Below, in pieces: positions 35,820 through 45,107 of a stretch of DNA of 63,718 bases. Below the pieces are notes generated by a model. It saw only the letters and a program-made list of their open reading frames with translations, did no database searches and had not been told where the DNA came from. Position numbers and translations under genes: made by a program. The stretch is from a virus (taxonomy: Duplodnaviria; Caudoviricetes): IMG/VR virus record IMGVR_UViG_3300048855_000181, positions 1 through 63,718 of that record; one strand, 5' to 3'. Each line of letters starts with the position of its first letter. The first letter of the stretch is position 1.

Positions 35820-36365
35820 CATCGATTGCGACACCTCAACCGGATCTGTACCGAAATGCGAGTGCGTGATGGTGGTTTTGCGATCCGTCGGCACAGCTGA
35901 AACCCTCCTTGAGCCGGGTGTCATGTCGAATGTTTACCTGCTGCAACTTCCTACGCTATCGCCGTGTCCTCGATCGTCAGCCGCGCCACCACCATATGCT
36001 TCAAGAGCCCTCGCCGGGCATGTCGGTCCGAAGCAGGTGCCGCGGGCTACCCTTGTCGGACAGCAAATGCTATATTACCCAGCTCAAAGAATGGCGCCGA
36101 GCAACAAATCCAATCATCTGGATCGGCGGCAGCAGGCATAAAGCGACATAAGTAAAGGGCGCTCCGCTAATACCTACTATGGTGGACGCGACAGCTGTGC
36201 AGCGTGACTTGCGGGAGGCTGTGATGACGTTTGCAGCGTGACCGACCATAACCGGTGGTATTAGGACATCGTGACGGGCGACGATTTCCGAGGCGTTCCC
36301 AAAGAGAATGGGTAGCCGGCACGCCGAAAGTCGGAATGAGTCCGGCACCAAGGGGAGGATTGTCA

Positions 36366-38183
36366 ATGTTGTTTCCTGGCCATTATTGGAGCCCGGCCGC
36401 GGCACTCATTTTTGCGTTGATAACTACAGGAGCGGCAGCGAGCTGCCCGGAATGTCAGGACGAGAGATGTGCTTTTGGGGTAGCATGCGTTTGTGTTCCA
36501 CGTATCGGCTGCAAGCTTTCCATTCCAATACCTGGCACGACTCCTCCTGGTCAGTTCCTTCCCCTCTCGCCCGTCCCTTTGCCGCCGTATATCCAAAAGG
36601 AGGTCGACAAGGGAGGCGGTGAAATCTCTCGCGTAGTGGAGAAGCTCGGCCAAGATACGTTCATTACCATTAAAACTGCTGCCGGCGATACAATTCGCAC
36701 GTTGGAAAAGGCTGGCGGCGACGCCATTAACACCGTCGAGAAAGCGGGCAGCGACACTGTCGAGACAACCACCAAGGCAGCCGGTGATGTAACCGCGACC
36801 TATAAAAAGGCATGGCGTGACGTTGACGATCAAAGCAAACGCAGTTTCAAGGACGCAGTCGATGCCGGAAAAGCAGCAGCCAACTTTGTCAAGAACCAGG
36901 CCGAGGCTCATCAGGAAGCTTGGAAGAACGCTGAAAAGCGCCTGCGAGACGGAAAGGTGGTCGATTCCATGTGGGGTTTGGCGACCGATCCCGCGAAATC
37001 TGGCGAAAAGAACTTTGCCAAGGCTACCCAGGAGAGCGACCTGCTCAACACGGCAGCTGCAACCGCAGCGTCAGTCTATGGTGGCCCGGCAGGTGCAGCA
37101 GCCTATGCTGCCTGGTCCACCTACCGGCGCACCGGCGATGCGAACCTGGCGTTGCGTGCCGGTATAACGGCGGGTGTTACATCGCAGGTTGGCGGTTCGG
37201 TGGCTAAGTTACCGGCCGGCACTGCTGGTGAAGTTGTCAAGAAGGCAGCGCTGTCTGGCGCGGCGGGTGGCATCGCAGTAGCGGCCGCAGGCGGTGACGA
37301 GCAAGCGATCAAGGACGGCTTTCTCAAATCTGCCGGAGCTGTGCTGGTTCAAGGAGGCACTGACAGACTTAAGGCGTACTCGCCCGAAGCCAAGGATGCA
37401 TATGATACCGTGCAGTGCTTATCCGCCCGTGATGTGGACTGCTTGTCGAACACCACCTGGGCACGAAATGCCAAAGGCAAGATTCTCTATGACGATAAGG
37501 GAAAACCCAGGATCGATACCAGCAAACTCGATCCAAATCAGTACGTGGGAAAATGGACGGGTCTTGATCCGAAATCAATTGAGGCAATGAAGAACGCTTA
37601 CGTCACACAGGTTTCCAAGCTGCCTGATACGGAAGCAATTCCGCTCATGAAAAACCAGTGGGTGCTGACTTGGAACCTCGGCAAGGAGCAAAACATACCG
37701 CACAACAATCCGGCTGTCGTGCTTACCTATGTGGGGAAAGACCCGCCCTTTAATTCCACAGTGGAGTACGGTGGAGCGGTCAAGAAATCTCCGAAGTCCG
37801 GCACCGGCAAAAAACAGACCGCTGCAATCGACCCGTCGCAGGTTCCCGGCACAGGAAACAGGGGGGCAGCAAGAAAGGGTATGACCTCGAAAGGTGTCCA
37901 AATGTTCACAGTTGAACTTCGAGAGATACCTGGCGCCATTCGGTCATATAAGAAATTGCCCAACGGTTCGTGGACCAGAGTGGCTTCAGAAACCGGGATA
38001 GTCACCCAATGGCGGACAGTGGGGCGAATATCGCTAAATGGGTGCAATGGAACGACGCTTCTCCTATTGCCCAGTGAGCAATATGAGGTGTTCGTTCCCG
38101 ATCGCGGCTGTCAAGCCATGGTGGCGTGGAGCCGCATCGGCGGAGCCTGGTTTGTTATGGGTACGATTAAAAGCATAAGGTGA
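36366..38183 (+). CDS. large exported protein of unknown function (605 aa)
   Basis: GGGGAGG RBS, signal peptide, Cys-rich N-terminus, 11-aa repeats, Gly/Ala-rich hydrophobic core. Confidence 0.8.
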   Translation: MLFPGHYWSPAAALIFALITTGAAASCPECQDERCAFGVACVCVPRIGCKLSIPIPGTTPPGQFLPLSPVPLPPYIQKEVDKGGGEISRVVEKLGQDTFITIKTAAGDTIRTLEKAGGDAINTVEKAGSDTVETTTKAAGDVTATYKKAWRDVDDQSKRSFKDAVDAGKAAANFVKNQAEAHQEAWKNAEKRLRDGKVVDSMWGLATDPAKSGEKNFAKATQESDLLNTAAATAASVYGGPAGAAAYAAWSTYRRTGDANLALRAGITAGVTSQVGGSVAKLPAGTAGEVVKKAALSGAAGGIAVAAAGGDEQAIKDGFLKSAGAVLVQGGTDRLKAYSPEAKDAYDTVQCLSARDVDCLSNTTWARNAKGKILYDDKGKPRIDTSKLDPNQYVGKWTGLDPKSIEAMKNAYVTQVSKLPDTEAIPLMKNQWVLTWNLGKEQNIPHNNPAVVLTYVGKDPPFNSTVEYGGAVKKSPKSGTGKKQTAAIDPSQVPGTGNRGAARKGMTSKGVQMFTVELREIPGAIRSYKKLPNGSWTRVASETGIVTQWRTVGRISLNGCNGTTLLLLPSEQYEVFVPDRGCQAMVAWSRIGGAWFVMGTIKSIR

Positions 38184-38483
38184 AGTCTGATCCCCGCACA
38201 CTTTCCTGTGCGCGCCTTCGCAACGGTCAGTGCCGGATCACGATCCGCGCCGTCGAAGCGCACTCACAGTGCTTAGAGCCCATGCTCTGAATTGAGCAGC
38301 GGTCCAATTCGCTGGCTTTTCGACCTCTCGGAAGGCTGATTTCCTGAAACTTGGCATAGTGACCCGTGGCTGTTGCACTGATTTGCAAACTGACCACTCA
38401 TAAATTTCGTTATTTCTGTTACAAGTCAACAGACTTTCTGTTGTATATAATAGGTGTTTTTATCTGGATTGAATTTTTCACTT

Positions 38484-38493
38484 CGCACGCCGG
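38484..38493 (-). other. candidate cos (cohesive end) site
   Basis: GC-rich GGGA-CCGGCGTGCG followed by an A-rich tract on the minus strand, in a ~550-nt non-coding gap between divergent modules; HNH plus HK97-type terminase implies cos packaging. Confidence 0.35.
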
Positions 38494-38680
38494 TCCCGGG
38501 GCCAGGTCGAGAAAATTAACTCGAAGGGCGGTAGAGGTCCAGCATTATCAGGGGATTGTCTGATTTTTGTCGATCATCGAGCGACTTGGCACAGTCCTTG
38601 CAACCTTGCGCGTGTTCAATGGTTTGCATTGCTCTTTGGTGAGCTGCAGCAATTATTATTTCTAAACCAACATTTTTTCT

Positions 38681-38709
38681 GTTGACTATGGCTGCGGGTG
38701 ATGCAATGT
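38681..38709 (+). promoter_or_regulatory. sigma70-type promoter of the 38.7-45.4 kb operon
   Basis: GTTGAC-N17-CAATGT; predicted +1 at the first motif hairpin. Confidence 0.6.
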
Positions 38710-38749
38710 TGTGAGCGTCAAATGTGACACAGTGAAAGGACACAGACTT

Positions 38750-38974
38750 ATGAAAGCCCTGATATTCTTACTTCTGCTCAACCAGCCTAACGGCGCACAG
38801 ACTGAGATCATAGTAGCGCGCGATCTGACTTTCGAGCAATGCGACCTGATGCAACGCAATGTCTGGAATGCTGGTGCTGAGACCATAGGACGCGATGCTG
38901 AGGGCCCTATCCCTGCCTATGACGCCGCATGCGTCTATCCCGTCCAGCTCGTCAAGGTGAACGTCAAGCAATAG
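38750..38974 (+). CDS. small exported/hypothetical protein
   Basis: AAAGGA RBS; hydrophobic N-terminus; two Cys. Confidence 0.7.
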   Translation: MKALIFLLLLNQPNGAQTEIIVARDLTFEQCDLMQRNVWNAGAETIGRDAEGPIPAYDAACVYPVQLVKVNVKQ

Positions 38975-39041
38975 CTTGTTATTGGCCGCTCTTGTGGCGG
39001 CCTATCGCTGGCAATTGTGCCAAACACGAAAGGAACCTGAA

Positions 39042-39176
39042 ATGTCCAAACATCCTAGTGCACGTGAAACCTTCGCAAACCGTATCGAGGGACGAGTCCG
39101 CCGTGATGATCGCCGCCAGGCACGCAATGCAAAGCGCGCTTTCCTGCTGGACGGTCTCACCATCAAGCCTTGGTAA
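39042..39176 (+). CDS. small basic protein (44 aa)
   Basis: Motif plus AAAGGA RBS; MSKHPSARETFANRIEGRVRRDDRRQARNAKRAF. Confidence 0.65.
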   Translation: MSKHPSARETFANRIEGRVRRDDRRQARNAKRAFLLDGLTIKPW

Positions 39177-39267
39177 TCCTGCAATCGCTCTTTCATGGCC
39201 GCGTCCCTCGGCCATGCGACGGCAATTAGCCGAAACGCCAATTGTGGCAAACAAAAAGGAACTGAAA

Positions 39268-40134
39268 ATGACTGTTTACACTCACACCGCACGCTTTGAT
39301 TCCGCTCGCGCCATGACTGAGGATGAATTGCGCAAAGCCGCGCCGTCAATCTTCGCAATGACCGCACATGAAAGCCGGTCTGAACGTTTCCAGCCTATCC
39401 CCACAATCGAAGTTTTGCGCGGTCTTATGGCTGAAGGCTTCATGCCAGTAGGCGCAAAGCAGTCGCGGACTCGTGATGTCGGCAAGGCTGACTTCACAAA
39501 GCATCTCATCCGCCTACGTCGTGTAGATGACGGCAAAACCTACAACGTCGGCGATACGGTTTGCGAAATCCTCCTCAAAAACGCAAACGACGGAACGTCG
39601 GCTTATGATCTGATGGCCGGTCTTTTCCGCGTCCGTTGCCTGAATTCCTTGGTGGCACAGACAAGCACCATTGACAGCGTGAAGGTCCGCCATAGTGGCG
39701 ATGTCGGCGCAAAGGTCATTGAAGGGACGTACCGAGTCCTGAACGAGGCGGAAAAAACGCTGGCAGCTCCGGCCGATTGGGGAACCGTCAATCTCAACAA
39801 AGATGAACGCATGATCTTTGCCGAGTCGGCGCACATGGTTCGCTTTGCTGATGCGGAAGGCGAGATCGCAACGCCTATCAAGCCCGAACAACTCCTCATC
39901 CCTCGCCGATATGATGACCGCGCCGACGACCTTTGGACAACGTTCAATGTTGCGCAAGAAAATATCATCCGTGGCGGTTTGCGCGGTGTCGCTCGTGACG
40001 ATGAAGGCCGCCGTATTCGCCGGGTTTCAACTCGCGCGGTAAACGGTATCGATCAGGATATCAAACTCAATAAAGCGCTTTGGGTGCTTGCTGAACGCAT
40101 GGCTGAACTGAAGGGCATTAAGGCCGCCGCCTAG
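39268..40134 (+). CDS. DUF932 domain protein
   Basis: APSIFA..AHESRSERF.PIPT, F.KHLIRLR, N.NDGTSAY.L.AGLFR..CLN.LV, LN.ALW.LAE. Confidence 0.9.
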   Translation: MTVYTHTARFDSARAMTEDELRKAAPSIFAMTAHESRSERFQPIPTIEVLRGLMAEGFMPVGAKQSRTRDVGKADFTKHLIRLRRVDDGKTYNVGDTVCEILLKNANDGTSAYDLMAGLFRVRCLNSLVAQTSTIDSVKVRHSGDVGAKVIEGTYRVLNEAEKTLAAPADWGTVNLNKDERMIFAESAHMVRFADAEGEIATPIKPEQLLIPRRYDDRADDLWTTFNVAQENIIRGGLRGVARDDEGRRIRRVSTRAVNGIDQDIKLNKALWVLAERMAELKGIKAAA

Positions 40135-40196
40135 CCCTTGGTTCCACGGGTGGCGCTTGTCGCCACCCTATCCCCACGATTTGAAAGAAGGACGCC

Positions 40197-41741
40197 ATGA
40201 ATCAGATTATGCCACGCGCGACGATTGAAGATATCGTCAACTATCGAAATGAAGCCTTGCGCCTATATGAAGTCGCCTATGGCGTCATTGGACAAGCCAG
40301 CGCTGCAGTGAAGGAAGCTGCAGAAATGGCTCGCCGCTGTTACCCCGGCATCAATGCTTATAATCACAGCCAGGCGGATGAGGTGAAGGCCTTTGACCGC
40401 GCGGTATGTATGCCAGATCGCGAGCGCTATTTGCGGACCGCGCGCCGCTTGATCGATTTGAACGCATGGGCTTGGATTATCGAGCGCACAGACCTTGAAC
40501 GGCTGATGGATAAGCAGGCAAAAGACCAGTTGCGCGCGCAAATGGCCTATATCCCTGAAAAGGTCGACTATCACACGCAACAGCTCATCAATGGCGATGA
40601 AATCGAAAAGGGCATGCCACCGCTTAGCGTTGACAACATCATGGCGACGTTGGAACAGTTTGCCTTAGATGCCGACACGATATTCCGACGCGGCATTGCA
40701 AATGCTTTCTCAAAGCTGGACCGTCGTTTCCGCTCACATGATGGTTTCAAGGTAGGTTCGCGGGTTATTCTCACACGTGCATTCAATGATTGGGGTAGTC
40801 TCGATTATGGCTATGTGCGCGATACTCTGATCGATATCGAACGCGTTTTTGCGGTCCTTGATGGCAAACCCGAAGCGTCTTTCACTTCAGCGCTATACGC
40901 TCTTGAGCATGACAGACGCGGAACGCATGGCCGCCGGCAAAGCGAGGTCGAGACCGAATATTTTAAGATTCGCGGCTTCATGAATGGCAACGCTCATCTT
41001 TGGTTTGAGCGCAAAGACCTAGTCGAGAAAGTGAATAAGCTTCTCGCTGAATACTATGGCGAGGTGATAGGCGATGGACAGCAAGCCGAAGAAGACCCTT
41101 TTGCCAACATCAAGAATGTGCCCGCAAAGCGCTATGGTTTCTATCCGACTCCGGACGGCGCTTGCAGTGCATTGTTTCGCGATATCTCACTGCTTCAGCG
41201 TGCGGATCAGCCGCAACTCGCAATTCTTGAACCAAGCGCGGGAACTGGCAATTTGGCGCGGCGCTGTGTCAATACCGTTAAAGAGCTGGACAACTGGTCA
41301 GGTGGTCGCAAGGAATATCAGGACCGGTTCCGCTTCGATAATCAAGTCGACTGCGTAGAAATTCAGCCACATCTCGCCGCTGATTTGGACGCTGAAGGCA
41401 TATATCGCCGGGTTTACAATCAAGATTTCTTGCAGCTCCAGCCAGCGACAACTGGTCTCTATGACAAGGTTATCATGAACCCGCCTTTTGACCGCGAACG
41501 CGACATTGACCACGTCATGCACGCAATGAAATTCCTGAAGGATGACGGCTGCCTTATCGCGATCATGTCAGCCGGTACGGAATTCAGAGAGACCAAAAAA
41601 TCGAAGGCATTCCGCGAGTATATGGACAAATTGAATGCGAAATGGACCGACTTGCCCGCCGGTTCATTCTCCGAAGTTGGAACGCATGTGAATACCATAT
41701 TCGTGAAGGTCTTCAAGAATGGCGGTCAACGCCGCTACTAA
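40197..41741 (+). CDS. DUF4942 domain plus N6-adenine DNA methyltransferase
   Basis: F.NGN.HL.F (DUF4942), FYPTP, LEPSAGTG, VIMNPPF, F.E.GT.V.T. Confidence 0.88.
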   Translation: MNQIMPRATIEDIVNYRNEALRLYEVAYGVIGQASAAVKEAAEMARRCYPGINAYNHSQADEVKAFDRAVCMPDRERYLRTARRLIDLNAWAWIIERTDLERLMDKQAKDQLRAQMAYIPEKVDYHTQQLINGDEIEKGMPPLSVDNIMATLEQFALDADTIFRRGIANAFSKLDRRFRSHDGFKVGSRVILTRAFNDWGSLDYGYVRDTLIDIERVFAVLDGKPEASFTSALYALEHDRRGTHGRRQSEVETEYFKIRGFMNGNAHLWFERKDLVEKVNKLLAEYYGEVIGDGQQAEEDPFANIKNVPAKRYGFYPTPDGACSALFRDISLLQRADQPQLAILEPSAGTGNLARRCVNTVKELDNWSGGRKEYQDRFRFDNQVDCVEIQPHLAADLDAEGIYRRVYNQDFLQLQPATTGLYDKVIMNPPFDRERDIDHVMHAMKFLKDDGCLIAIMSAGTEFRETKKSKAFREYMDKLNAKWTDLPAGSFSEVGTHVNTIFVKVFKNGGQRRY

Positions 41742-41784
41742 TTCCACCCGTCAATTGTGACAAATAGAAAAGGACTATCAGACC

Positions 41785-42948
41785 ATGACTAATTCCGCTC
41801 TCGCAGTTTCCACCCGTTCAAGTGCCGTCATCGATCGCACAGCAATGACTCGCGCCATCGATGTCGTGGCCAATGTGATTGAACGCCGTAACACCGTTCC
41901 AATCTTGAGCAATGTTCGAATCCTTGGTGATGCCGGGCGCGCTTTCATTACTGGCACGGATTTGGATATCGAGCTCACAGTCGGCATTGATGCCGCGATT
42001 GATGCTGATTTCGGTTTGACCGTTCCGGCGCATCTCCTGAAAGACCTACTGAAGAAAGCTACCAAAAGCGAATACGTGGCATTTACAGCGCCTTTGCAGG
42101 ATGGTGACAGCAATTCGACCATAGTCGATTTCGAGCGCGTCAAGTACGATCTGCAAGCGCTTCCAATCGCTGACTTTCCTGATTTGGCTGGACCGGACGC
42201 CGCAACGTCGAAGCGCTTCACATTGACCGGCGCGGCCTTCTGGAATGCGCTTGACGGCGTGATGAACGCCATCAGCTCCGAAGAGACGCGCTATTATCTC
42301 AACGGTATCTATATGCACCATGTCGACGGTCAATTTCTGATGGTGGCGACTGATGGCCATCGGCTTTACTTGCAGGATTTGGGACCGGTCGACGGCACAA
42401 AGGATATGCCAGGCGTTATCTTGCCACGGCGAACCGTATCCCTCCTGCACAAGCTCCTGAAGGGCAAGGCTTGTCCGTCATCGGTCGATATCGAGCTGAC
42501 CGAAACAAGAGTCCGCATTCAATTCGATGATGTCACAGTAACCAGCAAGTTCATTGATGGCAGTTTTCCGGACTATCGCCGCGTTATTCCTTCACAGAAT
42601 GACAAGCGTGCCACCATTGATGCTGAAGCGTTCCTTGAAGCCGTCCGTGCCGTTCAGCTCATATCCAGCGAGAAAGGCCGCGCCGTCCGCTATGATTTCA
42701 GCGCCGGTCGATGCCGACTCGTCGTCGTCAATCCTGATCAAGGCCGCGCCGAAAGCACAATCGCAGCTGACTATTCGGACGGTGATTTAGATATTGGTTT
42801 CAATGCCGGTTACATGATCGATGCCGTCTCAACTGCTGCGACAGACGGTGGATCAATTTCCCTCCTGCTTAGTGATGCCGGTTCCCCTGCAATACTCACT
42901 GGATCACGGGAAGGCTGGAAAGCCGTCTTGATGCCAATGCGCGTCTAG
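41785..42948 (+). CDS. dnaN: DNA polymerase III beta clamp (phage-borne)
   Basis: RRNTVPILSNV, TGTDLDI, ETRYYLNG, VATDGHRL, FPDYRRVIP, VLMPMRV. Confidence 0.95.
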   Translation: MTNSALAVSTRSSAVIDRTAMTRAIDVVANVIERRNTVPILSNVRILGDAGRAFITGTDLDIELTVGIDAAIDADFGLTVPAHLLKDLLKKATKSEYVAFTAPLQDGDSNSTIVDFERVKYDLQALPIADFPDLAGPDAATSKRFTLTGAAFWNALDGVMNAISSEETRYYLNGIYMHHVDGQFLMVATDGHRLYLQDLGPVDGTKDMPGVILPRRTVSLLHKLLKGKACPSSVDIELTETRVRIQFDDVTVTSKFIDGSFPDYRRVIPSQNDKRATIDAEAFLEAVRAVQLISSEKGRAVRYDFSAGRCRLVVVNPDQGRAESTIAADYSDGDLDIGFNAGYMIDAVSTAATDGGSISLLLSDAGSPAILTGSREGWKAVLMPMRV

Positions 42949-43021
42949 GACGCTTCCACCAGCCAAGGGCGCGCGAATGCGCCCTACTCTCTCAATTGTG
43001 AGACATCGAAAGGATAAAGAA

Positions 43022-43234
43022 ATGACACTGACAGACGAATATCGAGACAACATCCGCGCCGCGCTGGCCATCTATCGCGACAAAGGCCCTATGACGCTGG
43101 TCGAATGGTATATCTGCAAGGCTCTTGGCGTTGCCAATAGAGCGAAGAACCGCCGGGCGAAGTCCGCTTGCCTTTCCCTCATCAATCGTGCTCGTCGTCT
43201 CGCTGCAGCACAGCGCTCGCAGGTGGCAGCGTGA
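43022..43234 (+). CDS. hypothetical basic protein (70 aa)
   Basis: Motif plus AAAGGA RBS. Confidence 0.7.
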   Translation: MTLTDEYRDNIRAALAIYRDKGPMTLVEWYICKALGVANRAKNRRAKSACLSLINRARRLAAAQRSQVAA

Positions 43235-43851
43235 CTGCAACCAGAGAAGATCGCCAGCCAAAGAGCTATACGCCTCTTCAGATGGAAGCCGCGCTTTGTG
43301 CATGGGAACAGATGATGGAATGGCGTTTCAACCCAGCCCAACAGGCCGAGGTTGAGAAAGAGCCGGAGAAGTTCTTAGCGCATCAGATACATATGAATGA
43401 GCAGTGGGAAGGCATCGGCTACGCTGGAATGCGCTCGGTTGCCACGCAGGCTGGGTCCATTGCACTTGCTGTGTATGACCTGATGGAATCCCAAGGCGCC
43501 GAATTCAACTGTGCATATGATTGGGAATTCATACCGGCTGTGCTCGCTCTACTGGATTGGAAGGCTCTGTGCGATGACAACCAGTATGGCGCGGCGGCCT
43601 ATAAGCCGAACATTTCCGTCATCCTAAAGGACATGATGGAGACAATGGCGGACGATTTCGACGCCACCCCCAAGAAATCTGCTTGGCTAGCACAGGCCAG
43701 GTATGCGGCTCAGAAGCTGTTCGCCTATTCGGACCTCATCAGCGACCACGAAGACCGAGCCGATGCTGCGTTTGAAGCCGATGAAGACCCCGCTGAATTC
43801 GCCGAGTGGCTAGGCGACAAGTACGACCTCACCCGCGTCCACGCCTACTGA
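43231..43851 (+). CDS. hypothetical protein (206 aa)
   Basis: GTGA coupling; AGGTGG RBS. Confidence 0.7.
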   Translation: MTATREDRQPKSYTPLQMEAALCAWEQMMEWRFNPAQQAEVEKEPEKFLAHQIHMNEQWEGIGYAGMRSVATQAGSIALAVYDLMESQGAEFNCAYDWEFIPAVLALLDWKALCDDNQYGAAAYKPNISVILKDMMETMADDFDATPKKSAWLAQARYAAQKLFAYSDLISDHEDRADAAFEADEDPAEFAEWLGDKYDLTRVHAY

Positions 43852-43881
43852 ACTGGCAATCGTGCCGACAAGAAAGGACTG

Positions 43882-44130
43882 ATGATGATTGACAACATGG
43901 ACCGCGTTGGATGGGCCGCCACCGCAATTGAAGCATTCACGACAGAATGCCGGATGGATGGTGAGGACGATCAGACGAAGGCGAAAGACCTCATCACCAA
44001 CCTTTGTCACTTCCTGCGACTGAGTGTCGGCATGACGGCCGAAGAAGCTGCGAGCGTCGCCACCGCTGCGATCAATATGTTCGAGCAGGAAGTCGCCGAG
44101 GACGAAGACGGGACCGACGACGAGGATTAA
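43882..44130 (+). CDS. small acidic protein
   Basis: Motif plus RBS; DLITNL.H pattern; very acidic C-terminus. Confidence 0.75.
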   Translation: MMIDNMDRVGWAATAIEAFTTECRMDGEDDQTKAKDLITNLCHFLRLSVGMTAEEAASVATAAINMFEQEVAEDEDGTDDED

Positions 44131-44172
44131 TCAGACCACCCGGCAATTGTGCCAGAACAGAAGGAGATAGAC

Positions 44173-44358
44173 ATGAAAATCGTCAAGATTGCTGCACTTA
44201 TTGGAACCGCCAGCCTTGCCGGTTGCGGCACCTATAACAGCTGGTCGCCACGCGAGGCGAGTTATGAACCAGCGGAACGCAGTTGTGCTTCGGGCTATTA
44301 CAACTGCGAGCTCCGCACCAGCGGCGAAGCTGGACGACGCGGGCCGGGCAGACGATGA
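44173..44358 (+). CDS. small lipoprotein
   Basis: MKIVKIAALIGTASLAG-C lipobox; motif plus AAGGAG RBS. Confidence 0.7.
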   Translation: MKIVKIAALIGTASLAGCGTYNSWSPREASYEPAERSCASGYYNCELRTSGEAGRRGPGRR

Positions 44359-44494
44359 CTCGGGCATTCATTCAGGAGGTCGACCGCATTATCGTGGTCG
44401 AAGATTGAGGATATCGCGCAGCTCGTGGCATCCTCTATCGCGCGCTCGTCGTGTTTTGCATCGCAGTCGCCATCGCACTTTACAGGAGGTCATC

Positions 44495-44680
44495 TTGAGC
44501 AAGGGAATAGACACAGTGCCGTGCGGACGTTGCCAAAAACTGTTCGATCATCGCCTCGTAGATGCGATCATGCGGGACGCAGATGGCAATCACTGTTCAG
44601 ACGAGGCTTTTTGCCAACCATGTTTTGAATTAGTCAAGATTATCGCCGATGACCAGTGGCGCCCGCTTGGAGAGTTTTGA
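44495..44680 (+). CDS. small zinc-finger protein
   Basis: AGGAGG RBS, TTG start; CGRC...CQPC. Confidence 0.55.
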   Translation: MSKGIDTVPCGRCQKLFDHRLVDAIMRDADGNHCSDEAFCQPCFELVKIIADDQWRPLGEF

Positions 44681-44744
44681 ATAAATCGATAATCGCATAG
44701 CGCTCGACACGATTGCCAAGTGTGGCATAGAGAAAGGAACAATT

Positions 44745-45107
44745 ATGCTCCAGCATACTGAACAGCAGCCATCACGAGGACAAAACGTGTCGAGACGATT
44801 CGAATACGAGCGCATGAAGCCAAATGATTTCCGCGACGAGCTCGCGGCGATCGACATGCCATCCAAAGCCTTCGCTCGAATCTTCGGTGTCAATTCCAAC
44901 GTCGTCGATCGATGGATCAAGGGTGATCAGGACATACCAGCCTGGGTTTACGTCGCCCTGTCCCTCATCCGACTACCTGAAGGCTTCTCTACGGCACGCC
45001 AAGCAGCGGCACAGCACATCAAGAAGGACAATCTCCGTCCGGAACTAGGTGATTATCCCTACCTGTCGTCACAGGACCAAGACTTTTTGGAGGGTGACGA
45101 GGAATGA
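44745..45107 (+). CDS. HTH DNA-binding protein
   Basis: M.PNDFR..L......FARIFGV....V.RW..G...IP (XRE-like); motif plus RBS. Confidence 0.75.
   Translation: MLQHTEQQPSRGQNVSRRFEYERMKPNDFRDELAAIDMPSKAFARIFGVNSNVVDRWIKGDQDIPAWVYVALSLIRLPEGFSTARQAAAQHIKKDNLRPELGDYPYLSSQDQDFLEGDEE

Larger units (their letters stand above)
38717..44727 (+). repeat. dispersed start-associated hairpin motif, 8 copies (NNC-AANNGT-GNN-N6/7-RAAGGA)
   Basis: Copies at 38717, 39010, 39237, 41750, 42991, 43855, 44142 and 44715 with compensatory stem changes. Confidence 0.85.

Noticed and set aside
38929-39267. Long N-terminal extension of DUF932 in the ORF track (similarly dnaB 50133, cI 52871, major tail 24019)
   Set aside because: Downstream starts have clear RBSs or coupling, and the extensions overlap other genes or signals.
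38717-44727. lac-operator-like dsDNA site (AATTGTG)
   Set aside because: Flanking bases covary as a stem and there is no second half-site, so a hairpin fits better. A DNA-level role is not fully excluded.
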